Shown here: one piece after another, positions 1 through 5,016 of the stretch
Layout: every line of letters begins with the position of its first letter
How positions within the stretch are numbered: the first letter of the stretch is position 1
Source: Chlamydiota bacterium
Lineage (GTDB): Bacteria > Auribacterota > JACPWU01
Assembly (NCBI GenBank): GCA_016196885.1
Contig: JACPWU010000040.1
Coordinates: 1 to 6,558, forward strand
Length of the DNA: 6,558 nt
Direction: 5' to 3'
Translations under genes and position numbers: made by a program
Notes under the pieces: model-generated
The model's database searches: none
What the model was told of the DNA's origin: nothing
The model's input: the letters and a program-made list of their open reading frames with translations, nothing else

Positions 1-56
1 CGCATTTCATCTGAGAATAGTCTTTAGTTATTCTTATACAATAAGTTATGATGACT

Positions 57-103
57 TGTAGTCGCCCGATTCATCGGGCAGCCCCATAAATGGGGCGACT
101 ACA
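57..103. repeat. REP-like 47-nt double-hairpin palindromic element, copy 1
   Basis: The sequence is TGTAGTCGCCCGATTCATCGGGCAGCCCCATAAATGGGGCGACTACA. An outer stem GTAGTCG/CGACTAC encloses two small hairpins, CCCGA-TTCA-TCGGG and CCCCA-TAAA-TGGGG. An identical copy lies at 2113-2159 and the exact reverse complement at 5080-5126. Confidence 0.85.
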
Positions 104-147
104 AGGGTGATTTTCATCCCCCTTTGTGACTGAAAGTCATGTATGTT

Positions 148-310
148 TCTCATCAGATTTCGTCGTGAGTCCGCCTAAGGCGGATTGGATGCGAGGAAGA
201 CGACCGAGGCCATGCGAGGCATACCTGTAAGGTATGTCGAGATTTTCTGAAAGTTCAGATGGGCTAAGATGTTGCGTCTCGGTTCTCATTTTCTATCTCT
301 GTCCTTGGGT
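148..310 (+). repeat. C-element copy 1 (module A + module B + tail); candidate structured RNA or non-autonomous element
   Basis: Module A (about 148-219) ends in ACGACCGAGGCCATGCGAGG, the exact reverse complement of 4385-4404. Module B (about 218-278: AGGCATACCTGTAAGGTATGTCGAG..TTCTGAAAGTTCAGATGGGCTAAGATGTTGCGTC) aligns in the same orientation with 4601-4653 and 5451-5528. The tail TCTCTGTCCTTGGGT (296-310) recurs exactly at 3389-3403. Confidence 0.7.
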
Positions 311-348
311 TCGATGCAGATGGGATTATGACTGACGCCTGCACTGGG

Positions 349-678
349 TCAAGGGCCTACAATATCCAACAATCCTTCAATGATGCGATTAACCTCTTCC
401 TCTCCTAGATTTGAGAGTTTTTGGCCGAGGCGCTTGACGGAAAGGGTTCGGATTTGCCCAATTTTAACCCAAGAAGGTTTTGGCAATTGCTTTTCTTCTA
501 ATTCGTAGGTAAGGGGAAAAGGAATTTTTTGAGGTTGACTGGTAATGGCTAAAACAATCACAAGCTCTGAGCGACTGTTAAACATCTCGTTACTGATGAT
601 GAGTACAGGTCGGTGTCCTGCTTGTTCTCTACCCCTGGTGGGCTCAAGATCTGCCCAATAAATGTCTCCTCTTAGCAT
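349..678 (-). CDS. mazF: PemK/MazF-family type II toxin (sequence-specific endoribonuclease)
   Basis: The 109-aa ORF begins MLRGDIYWADLEPTRGREQAGHRPVLIISN... and continues ...PSWVKIGQIRTLSVKRL, which is the typical PemK/MazF N-terminal and core pattern and size. It has an ATG start at 678-676. Confidence 0.9.
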   Translation of the reverse strand: MLRGDIYWADLEPTRGREQAGHRPVLIISNEMFNSRSELVIVLAITSQPQKIPFPLTYELEEKQLPKPSWVKIGQIRTLSVKRLGQKLSNLGEEEVNRIIEGLLDIVGP

Positions 679-686
679 TCTAATCT

Positions 687-695
687 ATCATACCA
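687..695 (-). promoter_or_regulatory. extended -10 promoter candidate (TGGTATGAT) for mazF; would give a nearly leaderless mRNA
   Basis: The minus strand reads ..CCAAATGGTATGATAGATTAGAATG. TGnTATGAT ends 8 nt before the mazF ATG, and there is no Shine-Dalgarno sequence between them. This is a motif match only. Confidence 0.3.
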
Positions 696-886
696 TTTGG
701 TACAATCAAGATTTTTAATCTCGGAATCCTCAGCTACAAAAACTATCCAAATTTGTACACTCCCCTCTTTCTGTTCAGAAATGGCCGTTTATCCACAGAA
801 TCACTTCATCCTTCCATGAGTTCACTTATTTCTTATCTTATTCTTATAGAATTAGTTAAGAATTTTTATAAGATTGTTTTTAAACT

Positions 887-902
887 TGGCATGGGACTTT
901 CT
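887..902 (+). promoter_or_regulatory. weak sigma54-like -24/-12 candidate upstream of the REC-HD-GYP gene
   Basis: TGGCATGGGACTTTCT compared with the consensus TGGCAC-N5-TTGCW. The GG is in register, but the -12 element reads TTTC rather than TTGC. Confidence 0.2.
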
Positions 903-1006
903 ATATCAAGGTCTTGAGTGCTTCCTCGTTCCCACCCACAGGAAGGATGCCAAGAGAAAATGGATACTTCCTGTGGGGAAATTTTTGGTTGAAAAGGTCG
1001 GGTCCT

Positions 1007-2020
1007 ATGGAGAGTCATCAAAAGACCGTGCTGGTGGTGGATGATGAAGAGAGCATTCGCGAGTCTTTAAAGATGATTTTGGCGGATCGGTATAAAATTC
1101 TAACCGCCTCCAGTGCCGAAAATGCCCTCCAATTCCTTCAGCAAAATTCCCAAGATGTGGATGTGATTTTTTCGGACATTCTCATGCTTCAGATGAACGG
1201 CATTCAATTGCTCGAGGCCATTAAGAAATCGCATCCAAATTCTGAGACTATCATCATGACGGCTTATCCAACCTTGGATACGACCTTGGCTGCTTTGAAA
1301 TTGGGTGCCTCAGATTATATTTTAAAGCCTTTTGCCGTGGATGAAATTTTAGAGGCTACTCGGCGTGCCGTGGAGCGCAAGAAAACCGTAGTCCGCAATC
1401 AGGAAAAAATAAGAGAGTTGACCACGGCCATTCAAAGGAATTATGAAGGGACCACAAGGGCCTTGATTTCCGCGATCAATGCACGCGATCAATACACAGG
1501 CGGGCATTCCAATCGGGTCTCGAAGATGATGGGGCGATTTGCAAAATTTTTGAATTTGGATCCGGAAGTTTCTGAAAAATTGGAAGTGATTTCCTATCTT
1601 CATGACATTGGAAAGATAGGGGTTTCTCAAGAGATTCTGAATAAGACTGAGGAGCTCACCCCTGAGGAATATGAGGAGGTGAAGCTCCATCCTTTTATTG
1701 GCTATAAGATTTTGCAGCCAGTGGATTTCTTGAACGATTGTTTGGATGTGATGCTTTACCATCAGGAGCGTTTTGATGGGAAGGGGTATCCGGCCGGTCT
1801 CAAGGATTATGAGATTCCGTTGGGGGCTCGGATGCTTGGAATTGTGGATGCCTATGATGCCATGACCTCGACGAGGCCCTATCGAAAAAAATTAACGCAA
1901 GAGACGGCGTTTCGAGAATTGAAGGCCGAGGCGGGTTCTCAATTTGATCCGGAGTTGGTGGAATCTTTTATCAAAATGGTTTCGCAAGTGGGAGAGCCGG
2001 TGGTGGCGAAGACGGCTTGA
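1007..2020 (+). CDS. Response regulator with N-terminal receiver (REC) and C-terminal HD-GYP domain (RpfG-like cyclic-di-GMP phosphodiesterase)
   Basis: REC motifs are present: VLVVDDEESIRE, phospho-acceptor context VIFSDILM, IIMTAY and LKPF. HD-GYP motifs are present: GGHSNRVS, YLHDIGKIGV and HQERFDGKGYPAGL. I prefer the ATG at 1007 (MESHQKTVLVVDD) over the TTG at 914 given in the ORF track, because the extension has no domain content. Confidence 0.9.
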   Translation: MESHQKTVLVVDDEESIRESLKMILADRYKILTASSAENALQFLQQNSQDVDVIFSDILMLQMNGIQLLEAIKKSHPNSETIIMTAYPTLDTTLAALKLGASDYILKPFAVDEILEATRRAVERKKTVVRNQEKIRELTTAIQRNYEGTTRALISAINARDQYTGGHSNRVSKMMGRFAKFLNLDPEVSEKLEVISYLHDIGKIGVSQEILNKTEELTPEEYEEVKLHPFIGYKILQPVDFLNDCLDVMLYHQERFDGKGYPAGLKDYEIPLGARMLGIVDAYDAMTSTRPYRKKLTQETAFRELKAEAGSQFDPELVESFIKMVSQVGEPVVAKTA

Positions 2021-2051
2021 TAATAATATCAAAAATCAAAGATCAAATATC

Positions 2052-2159
2052 AATTTCAATGATCTTTCGAAATCATCGTGTGCGATGAAAGTTCTCCCCA
2101 TCATGCTTTTTTTGTAGTCGCCCGATTCATCGGGCAGCCCCATAAATGGGGCGACTACA
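2052..2159. repeat. REP-like element copy 2 (core 2113-2159) with ~60-nt conserved upstream flank
   Basis: The core is identical to 57-103. The flank AATTTCAATG-[hairpin]-CATCGTGTGCGATGAAAGTTCTCCCC-..T-run matches 5017-5079 (AATTTCAATG-[different hairpin]-CATCGTGTGCAATGAAAGCTCCACCC). Confidence 0.8.
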
Positions 2160-2337
2160 GAATGAGCTTCACTTTCATAGCAAAATGACGGATCAAAATT
2201 TAAAATGGTTCCGATGTTATTGCGTGGAGGGATTTTTGGATTTTGAATTAGAAATTAGTGTTGCCACTGGTCAACCTATTCATTCGTGCCAGTGATGTAA
2301 GGGTGAATGAGAAGCACATAAAAAAAAGGGGGGATAC

Positions 2338-3423
2338 GTGAAAAACTTCAAAGGGGGTTTTTTTCTTTTTTATTATTTTTGGTTGCTGATTTTCCTCTTT
2401 ATTTCCCTCCATGATGCCTACCCGATTTCCTTTCGTCTTTATGATGAAGGGGCCAAGGCCCAAGGCCAAGCAGGCGCCTTTACGGCTCAAGCGGATGATG
2501 CCTCTGCGCTTTATTATAATCCAGCCGCGATCACGCAATTGAAGGGGGATCAGGTTTTGTCGGGGACGGAATTTCTCCTTTTGAGTACGGATTATACGAG
2601 TACGAGTGGGGTCGAAGAATCGGACACCAATGATTGGGCGATTGTTCCTCATTTTTATGCGGTGCATCACGTGAATAAGAAGTGGGCGGTGGGCTTTGGG
2701 ACCTATTCTCTTTTTGGTTTGGCGACAGAGTATAGCGACACGGGTGTTTTTCGATATGTCGCGACCAGCTCGGAGTTGAGAACGATGACGATCAGTCCGG
2801 CGATCGCGTATCAAATCCTGCCGCAACTTTCCTTTTCAGCGGGGCCTACATTTATCGTGGGGACTTTGGATTTGAGGAGCAAAGTAGATTTTGGGGCGTT
2901 GGCGGGTTTATCCGGTGCTCTGGATGGGGACTCAAGATTAGCGGGGGATGGAGAGGGGTTTGGATTTCAGGTCAGTTTGCTTTTCGAACCCCATCCACAG
3001 CATCGGTTGGGACTGATGTTCTTGAGCCCTGTGGATTTTGATGTGGATGGCAGTGCCACGGTGTCCAATATTCCCTCCTTTGTGGGGGTTGGTTCTACGG
3101 TGACGGGCGATTTTTCGAGTGAATTAGATTTACCGGCGGTTTTGAGATTTGGCTATGCCTTTTTTCCGACCCATCGCTGGAAAATTGAATTTGATCTGGA
3201 TGGGTCGAATTTTAGTACATTCGAGGATCTTCCCATCACCAGCACCAATCCTTTGGTGGGTTCCCAGAGCGTTCCCAAAAATTATCAAGATGGGTATGTC
3301 TTTGCCTTGGGGACGGAGTATGAATTGAATGAGGATTGGACGGTGCGTTTGGGGTATGGGTATATAAACCTGTCTCTCGCATTCTCTTCTCTGTCCTTGG
3401 GTAAAAACTCCCTCTGGGAATGA
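2338..3423 (+). CDS. FadL/OmpP1/TodX-family outer-membrane hydrophobic-compound transport protein, apparently C-terminally truncated
   Basis: A GTG start is preceded by AAGGGGGG. The N-terminus is a hydrophobic signal-like segment. The family signature AKAQGQAGAFTAQADDASALYYNPAAITQL is present, followed by beta-strand-like alternating pattern. The ORF ends ...WTVRLGYGYINLSLAFSSLSLGKNSLWE*, lacking the last strands and the C-terminal aromatic residue, and its final ~55 nt are repeat-derived. Confidence 0.8.
   Translation: MKNFKGGFFLFYYFWLLIFLFISLHDAYPISFRLYDEGAKAQGQAGAFTAQADDASALYYNPAAITQLKGDQVLSGTEFLLLSTDYTSTSGVEESDTNDWAIVPHFYAVHHVNKKWAVGFGTYSLFGLATEYSDTGVFRYVATSSELRTMTISPAIAYQILPQLSFSAGPTFIVGTLDLRSKVDFGALAGLSGALDGDSRLAGDGEGFGFQVSLLFEPHPQHRLGLMFLSPVDFDVDGSATVSNIPSFVGVGSTVTGDFSSELDLPAVLRFGYAFFPTHRWKIEFDLDGSNFSTFEDLPITSTNPLVGSQSVPKNYQDGYVFALGTEYELNEDWTVRLGYGYINLSLAFSSLSLGKNSLWE
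3369..3403 (+). repeat. fragment of the C-element tail embedded in the 3' end of the FadL-like ORF
   Basis: There is a 15-nt exact match TCTCTGTCCTTGGGT (3389-3403 = 296-310). The upstream flank is also similar (GTCTC..CATTCTCT versus GTCTC..CATTTTCTA). Confidence 0.55.
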
Positions 3424-3431
3424 GGAAGGAA

Positions 3432-3836
3432 ATGAGGCTTCTCTCCTATATGAAAGCACAGCCTGTCGTGTTGATCGTGGATGATGAGCGTGGGCCCCGC
3501 GAATCTCTTAAAGTGATTTTGAGTGGTGAATACGAGCTTCTGTTGGCCTCGGATGGACGCCAGGCCTTGGAGTTGGTGAAAAATCATCCGGTGGATGTGG
3601 TGGTTTCGGATCTTAAAATGCCCGAGCTCACCGGCATTGATGTTCTAGAGGGTGTAAAGGCTTGGGATCCCACCATTGAAGTGATTCTCCTCACTGCCTA
3701 CGGTTCTCACGAAAATGTGGATGCTGCTATCGAGCGCGGTGTTTTTGAATTCTTAAGCAAACCCTATGATATTCACCGTGTGAGAGAGGCCGTTCGTAAG
3801 GGAATTGAGAAAAAACGCGGCCTTTCCTTGAGTTGA
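3432..3836 (+). CDS. Stand-alone receiver-domain (CheY-like) response regulator
   Basis: Motifs VVLIVDDERGPRE, VVVSDLKMPELTG, ILLTAYG and LSKPY are present. It is a paralogue of the REC domain of the 1007-2020 protein. The ATG at 3432 is preceded by GAGG at 6-nt spacing. Alternative starts are 3420 (ATGA overlap with the upstream stop) and 3450. Confidence 0.85.
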   Translation: MRLLSYMKAQPVVLIVDDERGPRESLKVILSGEYELLLASDGRQALELVKNHPVDVVVSDLKMPELTGIDVLEGVKAWDPTIEVILLTAYGSHENVDAAIERGVFEFLSKPYDIHRVREAVRKGIEKKRGLSLS

Positions 3837-3889
3837 TTTTTTCGCTTGAGGGTAAAAGATTCTTTCCTCATAGACTTCCTTTTCATAGA

Positions 3890-4342
3890 ATGGTTTCCAT
3901 GAAAGACCAAAAGCCTTTGATGGAACATCATGTCTCTGCCGGGGGCGTGGTGTACCAGAAAAATAATCAAGATATGGAAATCCTTCTCATTGCCAAAATG
4001 GCAAAAAAGGTTTGGTGTCTCCCCAAAGGGCATGTGGAAAGGGGAGAAAGTTTTGAAGAGGCGGCTCGGCGAGAGATTGAAGAAGAAACAGGGATTCAAG
4101 CTTCTCTCGTGAAAAGCCTGGGGGATGTCTCTTATCAATATGAAGACCGGTGGGAGAAAAAGAAAATCTCAAAGACGGTTCATTTTTACCTCTTTTCTTA
4201 TCTTGAAGGGATGTTAAAGGGCTCTGACCGTGAAGTAGAGGAGGTACGCTGGTTTAAGTTAGATGAGGTTCTTTCCTTCCTGACCTATTCCGGTGAGAGA
4301 GAGATTTTTAAGCGGGCGTTAGAGATTTTAAAAGGTCTTTAA
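3890..4342 (+). CDS. Nudix hydrolase
   Basis: The Nudix box GHVERGESFEEAARREIEEETGI (GX5EX7REUXEEXGU) follows SAGGVVYQ. The start is uncertain: ATGs at 3890, 3899 and 3920 all lack a clear RBS, and the ORF track's TTG at 3833 overlaps the upstream stop. Confidence 0.85.
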   Translation: MVSMKDQKPLMEHHVSAGGVVYQKNNQDMEILLIAKMAKKVWCLPKGHVERGESFEEAARREIEEETGIQASLVKSLGDVSYQYEDRWEKKKISKTVHFYLFSYLEGMLKGSDREVEEVRWFKLDEVLSFLTYSGEREIFKRALEILKGL

Positions 4343-4384
4343 AATTATTTATGATATAAATTATTCTTGTTGTAAAGTATAATA

Positions 4385-4687
4385 CCTCGCATGGCCTCGG
4401 TCGTGCAACCTTCCCTCCAAAGCGGACTCGGACGCTCTCGCAGTGGAAATTTGATGAGAGATGTGGGTTAACCCGAATAGGTGAGATTTTGATTCAACCC
4501 ATATTTTGCAATAGACGCGAGAACTCAAGAGCAAGAGCTTGAGCCAGACAGGCCTTTGCAGTCCCTGTGGGATTGGCCTGAAGAAAACGTAGGCATACTG
4601 TTCACCAGTATGTCGAGGCTTTCTGAAGGTCAAGATGGCCAAGATGTTGCGTCGAATTCCGCGGCCTATTGCAAATTCTGGGTTCAA
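4385..4687 (+). repeat. C-element copy 2: inverted module A (4385-4459) + structured M/B domain (4493-4687); candidate ncRNA in the tRNA-Thr leader
   Basis: 4493-4645 is identical to 5344-5496 apart from 2 substitutions. The long-range complementary arms CAACCCATATTTTGCAATAGACGCG (4495-4519) and CGCGGCCTATTGCAAATTCTGGGTT (4660-4684) close a ~190-nt domain. That domain contains hairpins CTCAAG..CTTGAG, CAGGCC..GGCCTG (inner TCCC-TGT-GGGA) and CATACTG-TTCAC-CAGTATG. Confidence 0.75.
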
Positions 4688-4706
4688 TAGGGAGTTTTGC
4701 GACGAC

Positions 4707-4778
4707 GCTGGCGTAGCTCAACGGTAGAGCACCTGATTTGTAATCAGGCGGTTGCGGGTTCAAATCCCATCGCCAGCT
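4707..4778 (+). tRNA. tRNA-Thr (anticodon UGU), no encoded CCA
   Basis: Manual cloverleaf: acceptor GCTGGCG/CGCCAGC, D arm GCTC-AACGGTA-GAGC, anticodon arm CCTGA-TTTGTAA-TCAGG, T arm GCGGG-TTCAAAT-CCCAT, discriminator T. The T arm has one C-A mismatch and one G-T pair. Confidence 0.9.
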
Positions 4779-4993
4779 AAAATGTCCATGTTTGATGGTT
4801 GCAAAGGAAGTTCAAGGAACTTCTTTTGAGGGCATCAAGAAGGATTTGAACAGGAGGCCCGACCTAATATTAGCCAATCTGCCGGTGGCAGATTGGCTAG
4901 TCCTTGAGAGGGCCGGGAGGCTACCGGAAGACGAGGCCTCGAGGCCGAGTCTGGAGGAGCCAAATCCCATCGCCAGCTAAAATGTCCATGTTT
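4761..4993 (+). mobile_element. T-loop-associated mini-element 1: ~167-nt insert bounded by 33-bp direct repeats of the tRNA-Thr(UGU) 3' part
   Basis: CAAATCCCATCGCCAGCTAAAATGTCCATGTTT occurs at 4761-4793 and again at 4961-4993, exactly 200 bp apart. The repeat starts at T-loop C56. A conserved 109-nt core (4852-4960) contains a perfect 13-bp hairpin, 4871-4883 paired with 4887-4899. Confidence 0.6.
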
Positions 4994-5016
4994 AAATAAG
5001 CAGGTTGCTGAGATTT

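Noticed and set aside
221-237. An anticodon-arm look-alike in C-element copy 1 (CATAC-CTGTAAG-GTATG, apparent GUA anticodon)
   Set aside because: There are no acceptor, D or T arms around it. In copies 2 and 3 the same hairpin has a different loop (TTCAC/TTTAC).
914-1006. TTG-initiated N-terminal extension (MSASSFPPTGRMPRENGYFLWGNFWLKRSGP) of the REC-HD-GYP ORF
   Set aside because: The extension has no domain content. The receiver domain begins right after the ATG at 1007 (MESHQKTVLVVDD). The TTG start has no visible RBS.
1349-1762. 137-aa minus-strand ORF inside the HD-GYP gene
   Set aside because: It is antisense to a CDS with strong domain motifs, and its product has no recognisable motifs. 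It is a typical shadow ORF.
2081-2092. GCGATGAAAGT resembling the apex of group II intron domain V (GCGAUGAAAGUCGC as I recall it)
   Set aside because: The 3' strand needed to pair (GTCGC) is replaced by GTTCT. There is no flanking D5 helix, no GUGYG 5' end in the proper context, and no IEP/RT ORF.
2113-2159. The REP-like hairpin as the rho-independent terminator of the HD-GYP gene
   Set aside because: The T-run lies 5' of the hairpin, not 3', on the plus strand, and the minus-strand reading is followed by A's. It may still impede transcription or stabilise the 3' end, but it is not a canonical intrinsic terminator.
2248-2826. 192-aa minus-strand ORF overlapping the FadL-like gene start
   Set aside because: The product is Arg/Lys/Ile-rich and low in complexity, and it is antisense to a CDS with a clear family signature. 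It also spans the upstream intergenic region.
3130-3587. Two overlapping minus-strand ORFs (109 and 100 aa) across the FadL-like and REC gene junction
   Set aside because: Both are antisense to two well-supported plus-strand CDSs and have no motifs.
3773-4172. Minus-strand ORFs (121 aa, 61 aa) and a plus-strand out-of-frame 60-aa ORF within the Nudix gene
   Set aside because: The Nudix box is in the 3833-4342 frame. The others are shadow or out-of-frame ORFs.
4378-4383. A perfect TATAAT just upstream of C-element copy 2 as a promoter
   Set aside because: There is no acceptable -35 hexamer at 16-18 nt and no TG extension. The region is generally AT-rich. It remains only a possibility and is not reported as a feature.
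4361-4687. 108-aa minus-strand ORF covering C-element copy 2, with a related 74-aa ORF at 5269-5493
   Set aside because: The shared peptide exists only because the nucleotide repeat is shared. The N- and C-terminal parts differ completely between copies, and the indel at 5497-5522 changes the start. The sequence is dominated by hairpins and a long-range helix, there is no RBS, and both ORFs are antisense to the promoter/tRNA orientation. A micro-protein cannot be excluded without conservation data.
4940-4978. The duplicated tRNA 3' parts as tRNA pseudogenes or tRNA-like structures
   Set aside because: The sequence preceding the duplication (..GGAGGAGC and ..TAGGCGC) cannot form the 5' strand of the T stem. 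No complementary acceptor 5' strand (GCTGGCG or GCCGAGA) is present in the inserts.
4792-4980. 62-aa plus-strand ORF spanning mini-element 1
   Set aside because: In mini-element 2 the equivalent frame (ATG at 6164) stops after 31 codons (..NRRPDLY*) inside the conserved core. Conservation is at the nucleotide and structure level (palindromic arms covary). The ORF also ends inside the duplicated tRNA segment.
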